This document shows, piece by piece, positions 1 through 12,970 of a DNA stretch of 64,000 bases. Made by a program: the position numbers and the translations under genes. Position 1 is the first letter of the stretch. Every line of letters starts with the position of its first letter. Source of the DNA: Oikopleura dioica. Lineage: Eukaryota > Animalia > Chordata. The notes beneath the pieces are model-generated. The model did no database searches. It saw only the letters and a program-made list of their open reading frames with translations, and was not told the DNA's origin. Location: NCBI GenBank assembly GCA_907165135.1, contig OU015569.1, positions 5,146,001 to 5,210,000 on the forward strand. Direction: 5' to 3'.

Positions 1-706
1 ACGTTTTGAGCATTCTTCCAACAATCTTCTGAAGACGCTCGCGAAAGTGACTGATATGAACAGCCTTCTTGTCGAAATAAAAGCTTTCCTTCCTCGCTCC
101 TGTCAAGAAGTTAATGCAAATTTGATGAGATATTGATAGAACGTGCAGACCGCAATCGTAGGTATTCTTTTGTGCGACAACGTCAGCGTCAACGATCTTG
201 AAGGGGACTTTTGCGCCAATGGACGTAGCAAAAGAATTTGCGCTTCTTTTAGCCGCCTTGACATTCGAATTACTATCCAAGTAGATTAATTGAAGAAATA
301 TGCAAAGACTTTTGAGGCTTTGGGATAAAAAATGCAAGGCTTACCTTATCGAGTTGAAATGAACAAATTTTTCCGTCTGTCGGAACCAGACGAGTAAACT
401 CCAGTGAGTACCCCCGGCATTCCCTGATTCCTCGTCATTTATTGGAATGAGAACGATCTCCTTAGCAGACAAATTCAAACTCTGAAGCATGGCATCTGCT
501 TCGAAAGGTTCTGCGCACAATTTAACCAATTGCACAAGGGAAGGATCAACATAGCCAATTCTTGGATCATTGATTTCTTCGTTGCTTAGATATTCGTAGA
601 AAAAGGAGATGATCTGGTCGTTGAGCCAATTCGGGGCGGAGAGCAGTGCCAAGTCAGATTGCCGAAGAACAGAATCGTGGTAGGAAATAACAATCGAATC
701 TGTCAT
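1..706 (-). CDS. SENP8: NEDD8-specific protease SENP8/DEN1 (2 exons, 3' end runs off the window)
   Basis: Exon 1 gives MTDSIVISYHDSVLRQSDLALL..NWLNDQII..GGTHWSLL. After a GT-AG intron (donor near 345) exon 2 gives QKNTYDCGLHVL, the Ulp/SENP catalytic Cys motif. Confidence 0.9.
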
Positions 707-1001
707 TCAAAAGTGTATCTTTAATTTTTTTTTAATATTTAAATGCTGCTTCAGCTCTGGTTATCTTACTCTTGGCAAAAATAATGTTTCTTTACAAGAA
801 TTGTATAAGTTAAGGTAGTCAGTGTGAATTTACACGAAGAAAATAGTTCAATCTTCAAAAGAAAAAGAGAATGGAGAAACTTGACGATTTTGTAGTCATT
901 AAAATGGTACTGCTTCGCGTTATGTTGCTGCTCACCGTAATAAAAGACTTCTAGCAACTCAGACTCGCTCAACTTGGGGAAAATAATAAAGGTGTAAATT
1001 A

Positions 1002-1531
1002 TCACGTTCCTATGGCAACAAGCGCGCCACCTGCAAGTCCGCAAGAAAGAGGCACATTCTCTTTTATTATCTCTTCAGTCGGGTACTAAACAACTCAACT
1101 CAGCTGCTATTTTGGTGATAAACAGACCTTGGATAAATCGAACTGGGGATTGCGGCTTTTCAGCTTGTTGTAATCGTTTTTTACTTTTGGCCAGTCGACT
1201 TTGATGTATCCAAGTTGGGTCAGAACTAAACCCCTTTGTTGGAAGCAAATGTACATAAAAGGCTAAAAGTACCAGAAATACAGGTGATTCCACCGCCAAC
1301 AGTAGAAAAAGCCAATTTTCCCACTTTCTTGACCAGAGCTCCAATAACTAAGCCGCCGATAAATCCAACTCCGGTTTCTTTTAAGATCTGAGCATTTCTA
1401 ATCAAGACAGGAATAAATCTAACTTCTACTGGCGTTCAATAGACTTACGTTCTAGGAGGAACTTCTTGTCGTCCTGTAAGGTATTCTTTTACTGTGCCCA
1501 AAGCTTCGTCCATCACTTCGATTCTTACCAT
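1002..1531 (-). CDS. FUNDC1: FUN14-domain mitochondrial outer membrane protein (FUNDC1/2-like), 4 exons
   Basis: Spliced product has GFIGGLVIGALVKKVGKLAFSTVGGG..LGYIKVDWPKVKNDYNK..EEIIKENVPLSCGLAGGALVAIGT*, matching the FUN14 pattern. Missed by the ORF track. Confidence 0.8.
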
Positions 1532-1730
1532 GTCTGAAAAGATTTTAAAAAATAGTGGAAATGTAGGTTTGATAATTGTAGGTAAAATTGGATATGCGTT
1601 GAGAATAAGAAAGCTACAGAAAACAGAGCAGATATACAGAAATTACTTCATTCATTCTCAATTACAGTGGATGATCATGAAGGTAGTCGGAAGTGGTTAA
1701 CTGAAGAAAATGAAAAGGAGATATCCTTTT

Positions 1731-4007
1731 TTAAGGATTTGGTTTGTACGGAGCACTTGGGTTCGAGTTGAAACCTTCGAGTTGAGTAGCGTTGATGTTT
1801 TCCCACTGCCATTGAAAGGCTGGATCGCCAACTTGCGAGCAGGGCATCATCAAAAGTTTGGAGGCGTCAACAGTCGCGCACTTTTTCGAGGAAGGATGGA
1901 CGAGTTGTTTGTCCATGTACTTCCACAGCTGGTTTCCGTGCTGATTGTGACAGTCCCAAGTCAGGATGCTCTTGCTTCGGTAACTTGCGTCTAGACAGAT
2001 TCGAACGGCGCTTTCAGGAGTCTGACCAGGTCGGATGTCTTCCCGCCACGTCAGTTGCAAATCCTGGGCATGGCTTCCTTTCTTACATGGCGACACAATT
2101 ACTTGACTACCCTTAAATAACAATCGTTTAATCAATTGTATCTTTACAGCTATCTTGCCTTTTTGACTTGTGGATCCATACAGAGGCCGGACTGAATATG
2201 CCGTAACTGGCCCCAGGCGGCAGAAGGAGGCAGAATCGGAGGATAGTAATGGAGCAGGTCAGGAATGATGTTCTTTATGTACCAGTCAAATGATTTGCAG
2301 TTGAGTTCCGCACGGAGAGCCTTGGCCTTCGTCAGATCTCCAGCATCTACAAAAGAACGGATAAAAAGATAAACAACTTTGGAGGCTTTGAATTACCGAT
2401 TTTGCGAACATAAGGACGTCTTTTATAAAAGAACTCAGCATATTCGTCCATCCAGACTTCTGCTACTCGTTTATAATTGTAATTCGGGCCGCCAGTATTG
2501 GGAATAGTATATGGAACAAACTTTCGATAGATATGACCGATTCGGGAGCATGGAGCGTCAAGAATCCTTCCTCCGCACATCCAAATTTTGAATGAGAGCT
2601 CGTACTGCTCACCGCCCCAAATTTCGAGACCTTCGTCATACAACCCAATCTCGTAGAAATAATTTCGTTCGATCGCAAACAGCCCACCTGCCATAACTGG
2701 TGATTCGAACGGATCTGATGGATCTTTGGGGCGTTTTTCTTTTGGAATGGGGATTCTTTTGTAGTACAACTCCCAGTCAAATGCTCCTCGCATTGCGTCG
2801 CCAGGCTGGCTGATATATTGAAAGTTTTCGTTGTCGATGATGTCAATCATTGGGCAGACAACAGTCTTGCGGTCCAACGAGATCGGATGAAGCAACGGAG
2901 GGAGCCAGTTGTTTGCTACTTCTACGTGCGAGTCCAGAATCACCACAACCTCGCCTTTCGCCAGATGAACGCCACGGACTCGACTGCGAATCAGTCCTTG
3001 TCTCGTTGGGTTTCGAATAAGCTTGACTTTCGTAAACTTTGCCAAGGTCTTCTCCAAGTCCGCTGAAAAATAAATAAGCAGCTTGAAAAGAAGTGTTAAA
3101 AATTCAATTTCAAAATATTATTCACAATAATTACTTTTTAAATACAGGCGAGTACTAGCATCATCGACTAGAATAATCTCTCTTAGCAAGGAGTCTGGCG
3201 ATCGATTGTGGAGGGAATGAAGGGTTCTTAGGAGTGTGGTAAAGCCTTCGTTGTGGAAAGGAATCACTACGGAGACATCTGGCAGGTCGGAATGATATTT
3301 TTTCGATTTACAGCTGTTGTGGCGAATGTCGTGAAGGCTGCGATCGAGCGCGATTCTGTCGGAAACGAGAATGTTGAAGCCGTTGTCTCGATACGCCGAG
3401 TCCAACTTTTCATTCTCGAGAAGTTCTACCGGCCGTCCTTGTTCTCCCAAGCCTACGATACATTTAATCGCGTGTTTTGTCCAATATTCAACCTGTTCGA
3501 GCAGCTTCTTCGCGCATAAACTCGTGGTCGTGCCAGTCTTTCCAAACCGGCTCTCGTTTCTTGTGCTTGACAACTTGTTGCCCTAAAATCGCACCTGCAT
3601 GCATTTGAGGATGAGCAAGATCTCCATGGAAGTTAACTTGGCTGTGCGGCGACTCGCTAAGATTGTTGTCAATCAAAAGCTTTCCTCAAACAGGAGCCAG
3701 TTTAATTTCACACCAATAAAACCGCTATTTCCCATCTCCTAAGACTAAATCTATCTAACTCGAATACTGAATTAAAACTATATACACTGAACTAAAAACC
3801 CAATTTATAAAGACGCATTACGAAAGTATCGTACATTAATTTGAAGATAGATCTGATGTAGCGCGCTCGTGAGCAACGTTGTTTGCCATACCGAATGGAT
3901 TGAAGCTGATCGATGCTTGCCGTTTCTCCAGAAGGAAGCTTCCTATAAAGAAGAAAAAGCAGGACGAAGCAGAGTCCGTAGACAAGAGGCCGGACCCGCA
4001 CCTTCAT
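1731..4007 (-). CDS. GALNT10: Polypeptide N-acetylgalactosaminyltransferase, GALNT10/GALNTL6-like
   Basis: N-terminal TM; [13 protein letters not shown]; IPFHNEG; LDSH; [19 protein letters not shown]; [17 protein letters not shown]; C-terminal ricin lectin ([11 protein letters not shown]). One GC-AG intron at 2112-2158. Confidence 0.92.
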
Positions 4008-4224
4008 AATCTTGGAACGCTTATTTCCATTCTGGAATATGAAAATAATTGAGAGGCGCTTTATTATAAAAATCCGTTTATTGAAGTAAAAAAGTAAAAG
4101 ATTTAGGAAGCATTTGAAGAAATAAGGCAAAGTCGGTTGTTGGAAGCAGCGCGATCGCGCGTTAACAGAACGCAAATGTCATCTAAAAAGCAACGTCAAA
4201 TTTAATGATTCGGTAAAATCGATC

Positions 4225-5441
4225 CTAACCTTGGCTCATGTTGAGGTCTTCAAGAATTGAATACACCATTTTCGCTGTGTTTAACTGAACGTCTGATAGT
4301 TTGTCTGTTTTCGCGTCCTTTAATTCAGGAAGGAGCGGCTCTTTCAAGTCTGATAGCCACTCCCGTAAGAGTTGGTCTAGCTGCGCTTTCCTAGGCCAAT
4401 AAAATAAAAGTCTTGCGGCTTCGCTTTGCAAGTTCTTACGACAGATATCGGATAGAGTTCCAAGCCCCTTCTTTGACCCTTTCGAGGTGAATCCACTTTG
4501 ACATGGTTCGCGGGAGCTCTTCTTCAATAAGTTCCAGACTAAGATACTTCCGAAGCACGAGAATAAAGGGATGAACAAGAGGATTCTTCCCACTAGAATA
4601 AAATTTTCATCTCTGAGAGATTGTCATCTTCTTACAATTCATGCTTGTTGTACGCCTTCATGCCACGCAAATATAACTCATCCACGGAAAGTGATTTCAG
4701 GGGCCACGTCCGGAGTTGTTTCAGAACTTGGAAGAAGTTCGAAACGCTGGCGATCTGGGGTCGGCTTTGAATCGAGCCCGGTCGCGTTGCTCGCACGTGC
4801 GTGAAAGCTTCCACGTCCGTGAAGCCCTTAACGCAGTTTCGGCTAGACACAACGATCAGAGATGATGGTTACCATATCAAAAATGAGCCAGGCCGCGCAA
4901 ACGACTCCGGTGCGGCCAAGTCCAGCGTGGCAGTGGACGGCGCAGGCGCCCTCGCTGATTGCGAACGAAATCACTTTGCAAATATCGAACATCTGGTCGA
5001 CGGAGTAAACTCCGTAGTCTTTTGTCGGGTAGCTGTAGAAGCTGATCTTCTCGGCCATGAGGCGCTCGGGCGAATACGTGAAGCCGGACTGCGCAAGCAA
5101 GGTTCCACAGTGCTCGTGCTCACCTGGCTCTTGCAAATTCACTATCGAGCGGATTCCCGCGCTTTTGAAGTATTTCACGTTGTCAGGGAAGAAGTCCTCG
5201 GCCGGACGCGCGATCGCAAGGAGCTTCGATGGCCAAATCCAGCTTGAGCTCAGTCTAGGCACTACGGAAGTTGAAAAGGCGAAGTTTCGCTGCTCGTGCT
5301 TGCACTTGGCCCCGCAGCCTACCTAATTCAAAAATACTCATTTCTTCAATGACTTCAGAATTGAAAGTTCACCTTACAGGCGACGCCCGTCGGAGTGACT
5401 TTTCGAATCCCCTCCCCTAACAATGACACAGATGGTTCCAT
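4225..5441 (-). CDS. PTPDC1: Protein tyrosine phosphatase domain-containing 1
   Basis: CGAKCKHE, LAIARP, IVNLQEPGEHEHCG, SGFTYSPE, KDYGV, active site HCHAGLGRTG, RPGSIQSR. Start codon tentative. Confidence 0.88.
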
Positions 5442-5791
5442 ATTCGAGTCCGATTACCTCATTTCTCTCTGAATTCATTTCTATTAAAGTTTTAATTTTT
5501 AATAATTCGAAAATCTAGTAGAAATAAGAAAATGATAAAAAAATGAATGTCATGCTTAGAACGTTATTTAATCAATAAAAATTATTCTTAGAGAAACTGT
5601 ACTAGTTGCAACACAGTATCTATCGCTCGTAATACGAGCCTCGTATAGTAATTTTCTAGAACCGAGAGTAGCGCCTCAATTGGAGCGGGCGAGCCAATGA
5701 GCGAGCAGAGCTGCGCGTTGAGCCACTTTTCTCACTAGGAAAAATTCTCCTTTTCTATTTTTTCGTTTCTCTGGGAAACTGACGACTACAC

Positions 5792-5995
5792 ATGAATATT
5801 TTACGAATGACTGCCTTATTTACTGCTGACTATGTTGATTTAAAACTGCAATTACTAAAAACTCAATTTCAGAATGAAAAAGTGAGAATTCCGCGCCAGA
5901 TTATTTGGAGGGAAACAGAAGAAGAAATCCAATTGCTGTCGTTGGTCAACAAGGTTATTTTCAACGCCATCGAACAGCAATACAGGAAAATCTAA
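5792..5995 (+). CDS. Small ORF of unknown function
   Basis: ATG-initiated 67-aa ORF downstream of a CCAAT/GC-rich stretch (about 5670-5720), divergent from PTPDC1. Splicing is ambiguous. Confidence 0.25.
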   Translation: MNILRMTALFTADYVDLKLQLLKTQFQNEKVRIPRQIIWRETEEEIQLLSLVNKVIFNAIEQQYRKI

Positions 5996-6408
5996 TTCCT
6001 AAGAAGGAAGTACTTCTAACAAGAGAGAACACTCTTTCTCGACTGCCTTTACTTTCATGATCGGAAAGCAAAATTAATTAAACACACTTTTAAATAAAAC
6101 CTTATGATAAATCAGAACTGTAAAACGATACCGATTCTGATTTCAAGTTTATTTTGTTTTTTTTTTGCAATTTTTATTTTGTTAAATTTCGTCAAATGTC
6201 AAGTTGGAGAATTGATAAAGGGATTCAAAAGCGCGGATAACTCTTCAGTTCAGTCGCTAAGTTGAACTATTTTAGCAGGAGTGAATTTTGCAATGAGGCA
6301 TAACAAAAGCATTTCCGAGAGTAAGACCGAACAGAACTATCAAGATTTCAAAAGCAGATTTTATATTTGGCGATAAGTGATTTCAATATGGCAGAGAGAG
6401 GGAAGGTA

Positions 6409-6569
6409 CAGTGGTGTGTGGAGTTGGTGCACCCCTAGTGAGTGCTGCGTTGGTGCACCCCTGACCCGCACTTTTTCTATTGTTTTCTTCTAGAAGTAGC
6501 AAAAGTGAGTGCTGCGTTTGTGCACCTTTTACCCGCTATCTAGGGGTGCACCAACTCCACACACCACTG
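6409..6569. mobile_element. Tc1/mariner-type MITE (161 bp)
   Basis: Perfect 30-bp terminal inverted repeats (CAGTGGTGTGTGGAGTTGGTGCACCCCTAG) flanked by TA at 6407-6408 and 6570-6571. No ORF. Confidence 0.92.
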
Positions 6570-6922
6570 TAAATGTGATTCGTCTTGTTTCCCAGCTCGA
6601 ACGCCCCCTATTTTAATTTCCGAGCTGATCTTCTCTCGTATTTTGAAGTCTATTCTTCCGAGTCGAAAGCAGATTCGAAGAGCTGGAGTAAAATGTCGGT
6701 TAATTTTTGCGATGAGTCAACCCTTGAATGAGTCATTTCCTGAATTTTTAAATCTTCCAGTCAAAAACGGGATCAGTGAGTCATTCACCATCTTTCGACG
6801 GAGAAAACTAGGGAAGAGAAATCAAAGTAGCGATCGGAAGAGATTATTTCTGCTTCTTTTTTGTGTTGATTACCTACTCATGCCAATTTTGTCTACTGAT
6901 TTGAATAGTTTAGATTGACATC

Positions 6923-7652
6923 ATGGAAGTCATGGCGGGCCTCACCCAAGAAGAACTGGACTTCAAAGAGCAACCCCGCAAATGGGTCTGCTCCGAAAAC
7001 TTGGCCAAAGTAAGCATTTCTGATGCAATCTTCGCTCTCTTTAGTCGATCTTCCTTTTATTTCATGCGACTTAGTGGCTGTCTAAGATGATCCTTGTTTT
7101 TTAACTATCTTTTGTTTTTAGCACATTGGCAATGCAGTGACAATTCTCTGCAAAGTCATGGAACGAGTTGATGAAAACAAGATAATCGTCTCCGATATGG
7201 TCGGCCAGATCACCTGCACGTGCAACAACGAAGAACTCTTCTTGTTCGCAGAAGTAAGGATAAAACTCATTACTGGAACATCTTTTCCCCAGGGAACACT
7301 TATCCTGGAAGCGGATGAAATCAAAGACGCTTTATTATGAAGAGGCCGCTTTAATATTCGATTAAATCTTAAGATTTAAGAATGGTTGAAAAATTCTAAG
7401 AAAATCCTCTAAATATACCGTATATATCATTGCATTATTTCAACTTATTAAAATTAAAATTAAAAAAAACATAAACTTGTTTAGAAAGACGACTATGTGC
7501 AGCTTGAAGGATGGGCATTGAGCGAGACGGAAATCCAGTGCTGTTCGCTTGAGGAGCTCAAAGACGAAGCCACCAACGACGAAACCGTCTTACTCCGCAC
7601 CAAGGCCGCGCTCATGATGGACCAGTACTCCGCTGTCGTCTACGCTCAGTAA
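6923..7652 (+). CDS. RPA3: Single OB-fold protein, replication protein A 14 kDa subunit-like (3 exons)
   Basis: PRKWVCSENLAKHIGNAVTILCKV..YVQLEGWALSETEIQCCS..C-terminal helix, matching the RPA14 layout by eye. GT-AG introns. ATG preceded by tttag|attgacatc. Confidence 0.6.
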
Positions 7653-8169
7653 AATCTCACCGCGAGCATTTTGAAAATCCGCTGAATCATTCACTGCGCG
7701 TTTTTTGGTGAATAAATCCACTGAAACCAAAAAGTTTCAAAAATTGACCCCCATCGGCTATACCAAACAGTTATCTTATGATTCATAAGTTATGAAATTC
7801 TAGGAATCAATGATTTCCTTAAAATTGTTTGACCTGCACGAAGGGTTTAATTGCGCTTCATCGTCATTTTCGTTGAAAGTATTTTCCATGTGATTGCCGG
7901 AAGGATAGTGAAGGGTAGCTACGTGCCTTGTGTCAATTAGGCGCCTTTTGAAAAAGTTTGTGATTTACGAGTTCGAAGTTCGGAACTAGTTACGATCGTT
8001 TGTTAAGGCGCCTCCCGGCCTGATCATCTCTCTGACGGCTGACTCAGACGGCTCTTTCTTCATTGCGCCGAGCTACTTTTCTTCAGAATCTAATCATAGC
8101 CCCGAGAAAGACGAGAGAAGCCATCAGAGAATCTTTAGTTAAAGTCAACTGCACCCTGCTCCCGAGAGG

Positions 8170-10682
8170 ATGGAGAAACGAGCGCAAAGAATCTCTAAAA
8201 TTATCAAAGAAGTGAATAAATTTAGGTAAGCACCGTTTTCATTCGCGTATCGCCTAATAACAAGAGGTATATAAGCAACCCATCTGAATAATACAAACAA
8301 TTCGCTTGTTCCGACTTAGTCAGGCGTTTAATTTTTAATCAGGGATTCGCACGATGTCTCCATGCATCCTGGGCTGCGGGCCCTCCTCCCGTGGATGGAC
8401 CATTCATATAATCTCCTGCTAAGCCGCCTTCAGAACTCTCCGCGCATTTTCGAAATGGCGGCCGGCAAAATCTCACGCTTCAAACTAGAATCTACCAAAA
8501 TCTCTCTCTACATTCCAAGTATGACGAAAACACCACCAAATCGTAAATTAATCGATTTTAGACCTCGACGACATTTCTGAGTCCTCCATGATTCCAATTT
8601 CAGTCACTTCGGCGGAAAGCGAGAAAATTATGCATCGCTTTGGCCTTTTTCGTGGCGCTGCCGGCGCCTCCAAGTTTGGCTTGAAAAAGTCAAAGTTCTG
8701 GATCGGCTACTTTGTGCGTTTAGTGACGGGATTTTATGAGATTTATTGTATCTTTCCCTTTGTGTGATCAAACCGCAGCTTTCCTTGCCTAGTTCGATGA
8801 CGAAAAAAATCGTTGACTAAAAATACAATAATAACCCGTTGAACAGAACAAGAACTGCTCTCTACATTAAATTGCTCGTTGTTCGTCGAGCTGACAACGA
8901 TCGAGGGAGTGCCCTTGGCCTCCGACTACGTTTCCAACTTCTCATATCATGGTGGATTCGCGAAAAAGTAAGTCCCATACCTCCGCCACTATCAAGACTA
9001 TTTATAGAGCGTTTTTCCCTGCTAAGCTTCTTGAGCAGCCACACGAGCCGGTGTTCGTGAATTTTTTCCTGAGACACGGATCAAACGACCTTTCGGAACA
9101 AATCCTAGCGGCTATGGAAAATCTAGAACACATTTGCTACGAGGTTCATCTCCTCACGCGCAAGTCCTTCAAACTAATCACGGAGCAAGAATCGACCATC
9201 GCGAAACTAAAGGAAGAGCTCGAGCAGCGCAAGAAGGAACACAAACGCAAGTTCCAAGAGCTACTCAAGGAGTCACAGAAACGTATCGAGCTCATCGAGG
9301 GCGACTCAAGAGTAAGTCTTTGGCTTCTTTTAAAATATTAATTTATAAGCTTTGCGCCTCTGAAATATAAAACACGAGCTATTTTCGAGTAAATAATGCA
9401 TCAAGCAATGCTTCTCTAAGTCACGTGATAATCTTCTGTTGTGAACGTCACCGACTTCTTTCAATTCCAATATCAAAAATAAACTTCAGTACTTGCGCCG
9501 AGAAAACGACGAACTACGACTTGAGAATGAGCTTCTACGGGATCAAGTAGCTGCTTTCGAGGCAAATCGAGAGGCAATTCTCGATTCAAAGGTGGAAACA
9601 CAGCAATTCCTTGGAGTCTCCCGCTTCGAACTTCAGCGCAAGTCACTGCCAGACAGACCTGAAAAGATACCCCTCATCGTAAAACGTACGTGCGCGACCT
9701 ATTTTTTGACTTGGCGTTTTCCGTTGCAGTCGCATGCATTTTTTAACGAAAGCTATTAAGCACCCACAACGGCAATATCATCTCGACCGCCGACGAGTGA
9801 ATCCATTTTAAATCGGATTGCGACGACGTCCGACCAAAATATCAAGGTAAGACAAACAAAATCGATACCTGTTTTCCTCCTCGGTTACATGAGATTATGC
9901 CTTAATTTGATGCACCAGTCAGCAAATTGTCTTCTCCGACAATTTATGTCGACGATAATTAACCCGCTTTGCATTAAGAATTCGGGAGCCAATTCAGACA
10001 AATGAAAATATTTGTTCTATATAGAGAATAGAATTCTTATATAACTATTTAGCCTTCGGATTTGCGCGAGCGGAATTGGGAGTTACTAGTGCGTCGAAAA
10101 TCGTTCCAAGAGCCTGGAATTCAAAAGATCAGAAAAAGGTGAATAGAAAAATATAGGTTATTCAGCACTTTTCTGTCGGTTGTTGATTTATTCCCTGGGA
10201 CATTGTTGGTTTTGCGTGTTTTAAAGTTTAACTTTGTTTTGGTTGAAGGCGAGAGAGGAAGACGGAGGAGGTGACGGCTGATCCAAGTCAAGTTGCATTA
10301 AGTGATATCGTCACTAGTGAAGGCTCAAGGGCGTCTACGCCAACCAACAGGTAACAATCATTTATTGTACATAACTATGGACATCTTGTCGATTTGTTTT
10401 CATCGAGAAATATCATGTCCAAGTTCATACAGTGCCTTCGATATCGGAAAGAAGTTCAAAGCTTTGCGCTTACATAAGTTAAGTTTACGGAGTACAGCGC
10501 CACACGAATGGGTTCGACATAAAGCCTCGCGAGTGCCCAATCAACAGGTCAAGACTGGACGAGTGCGAAGAAATTCTTCCGAAAGTTCGGCACGATCAGG
10601 ATCTCTGAGGAGGCGACCGTCGGCCAAGGGCAACAAGGGACTTATGCTTGATAAATTCAGGAGCGGTCGATGTTCTTTTTAG
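8170..10682 (+). CDS. Multi-exon coiled-coil protein of unknown function
   Basis: Consistent GT-AG exon chain from ATG 8170; heptad-rich exons at about 9030-9310 and 9493-9625; Ser/Arg-rich tail. The 3' end is uncertain. Confidence 0.5.
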
Positions 10683-10739
10683 TAATTAAGAACACTTTAT
10701 CATTAATACATTCGTTTTCGGACATTTTTTCTGTAGATT

Positions 10740-11378
10740 CAATATCAACTATTTATGTTCGCTGAAGTATTCTATTCGAAATTGCCTTTAAAGTGGTCGT
10801 TTACGGAGATGAAACAAACAACGGAGCGAAGGAAAATTTCTGGTTCCGGTCGTACAGCCGGTATCATCACACCTAGCGCTCATAAAAGAAGCTCCGATTT
10901 TAATGTTTATGTGATTATAAACTTTAACAAGTTCGAAAACGGCATTAACACATTTTAACTGGGCAAAGGACACCACCCAGGTGGACGAAGTCATAACCCA
11001 CTTGTTCTGACATAGTCTAATCCGCATCTACCCTTTCATGTTTCCAATTATTCGAAAGTCATTGATCGCCAGGCAGCGGACTAAACAACTTCCCAGAGTG
11101 GTATCGTACTTATTACAAACGCAACTTCCACGACAGCAACACCGATAGTAACTATGAAGACATAGAAGACCCCTACAAGGTGCAAAAGTGAACTTCAACT
11201 TTCATCATTATTCAAATAAATGACTGTATATGTAAAACATCGTCTATTTCCACGCTGCAAAATGTTCGCTTAGGGTTCCTGTCACACGACGGGAGCAGAG
11301 AGCGCCCTAAACAGCCTCAAGGGAGTTCCGATCCCCCATTTAACCATGCTCATCGAATCATATGCATTCAAAACTTGA
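10740..11378 (+). CDS. Probable further coding exons (tail of the previous gene or a separate gene)
   Basis: Exon-like blocks with splice sites (..NFPEWYRTYYKRNFHD..DPYK|gt; GSCHTTGAESALNSLKGVPIPHLTMLIESYAFKT*). Phases not fully resolved. Confidence 0.3.
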
Positions 11379-11445
11379 TTGTTGCTTTTGATTGAAACGA
11401 AAAAACGAGATAATGCGATTCACTCTTCTTTGCTTCTTTTTTGCT

Positions 11446-12064
11446 TCAGTAAGTGTTCAAGAGATTCCTCCACCAAAGATAGCTTTGTAAATGATTTCCG
11501 TTGTCGGCACTCAAGTCTTCATGGCTAAGGCGATTTTTCATAACTAGTACTATAATAATTGGGTTATAATTTCTATCCAATAAATCTGTCTGGAAAAATA
11601 ATAAGCGCTCTTTTAGCTGACAGCAAAAAATCTCGACTACGGAGAAGACTACGACCAATTGAAACGAGAGTCGGAAGAAATCGCCAATTTTCTGGGCACT
11701 TTCGGCGGATACATGACCAAACGCGAATTCAATTTCGATGACAATTTCTTCTGATCTGTTATTTTTAACTTATTGCGGCATTTCTGAAGGACTAAATAAA
11801 TTTCAGTCACTTTTATACGTTGTTTATTTGAGAAACTTTGGCAGTAGTTTTGCTTTCTTCGAGCAAAAAGGCGAGAGTGCAGATTTCAATGAAGAGGGCG
11901 AGTCCGAAACAAACACCAGACACGAGAATGCCTTGTTCGCGGGGAAGAGTATAGAGAAGACAGCCACCAGTGAGTAGGATGAGAGCTGCAATGAAGGATA
12001 AAACTCGTGTCGCTCTATTGCATGTGATCGAGGATCCCCTGTCTTTTCCTTGTCGAATGAACAA
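11446..12064 (-). CDS. Small multi-pass membrane protein
   Basis: Hydrophobic segments VLSFIAALILLTGGCLLYTL, ILVSGVCFGLALFIEICTLAFLL and FQLVVVFSVVEIFCC. Confidence 0.45.
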
Positions 12065-12970
12065 TGCTGCGCTTTTCTTTAGTTGATATATAAATGCCTC
12101 TTAAAAAACTGACTTCAATAAGACTCGATACCATTCCTTTGTCTTGTTCGAGGATCTCTTTCTATTAATTCTTGTATGCGCTAGACGTGCAGCAGAAAAC
12201 ATAGGCATTTCGGAGTTCTTATGGTGAGAAAAATTTCCAGAAAATTTCGTTCGGACTGAGTCTGAGATCTAACAACGCGCAAAATTTTCCGAATGGGTGA
12301 ATCCGGGGTGCCTCCGGTGCCCTATTTTCATCCCAAATTTGACAAGGGGATAACACAATAGGCTTTGTTGTTCTATTTTTACTACGCCATAAATGTTTGT
12401 CTGGAATCTTTACTCAGTTAAGTGGTATGATTTATTAGTAATAAAGTATTGCACTTGCCAAGAATTTACAAAATTGACGGTTTCCATCTGTGAAAACGGT
12501 TGTTTTAGCTATCGCCAAAAGGATTTTGCTTTTTCGTTCTCTAAAGCCGGCATACTTTGCCTCCCCAAAGAAGAACTTTGGGAGTTGAAACGGGAAAAAT
12601 ACAGCTTGGCCAAGCTGAAGAAGTTTTAATATATTATTAATTTAAAAGTGACGATTGAAGGTTTCATTGAGACGAAGACGTCTGGCGCGCGAGGTCATTG
12701 ACGGAGGTCAATTGGTGATCATCATCGTCCGCTGGGGATGACCATATTTGCTTCCTCTTTCATTAGCAACTTCACATGCCAGTCGCTCTTTGTGGAAGTG
12801 ACTGGCAATTATATTCGAGTTCTTTTTCGACCGTCTCTTCAAAAACGATCAAAGGCGACGATAATCATGCCTGACCATTTGGAGCACTGTAAGCTTAGAG
12901 AAACCTTTTCAAAATTTCAGAGATATATTAATCAGAAAATCATTTATTTTCAAAATATCTTCTTTAAAAC

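Noticed and set aside
4801-5326. Plus-strand ORFs of 148 and 89 aa
   Set aside because: Antisense to PTPDC1 exons, with no independent signal.
9493-9759. RhoGAP-like start (FLGV..IPLIVKR)
   Set aside because: The following exons give Pro/Thr/Ser-rich sequence with no arginine-finger motif.
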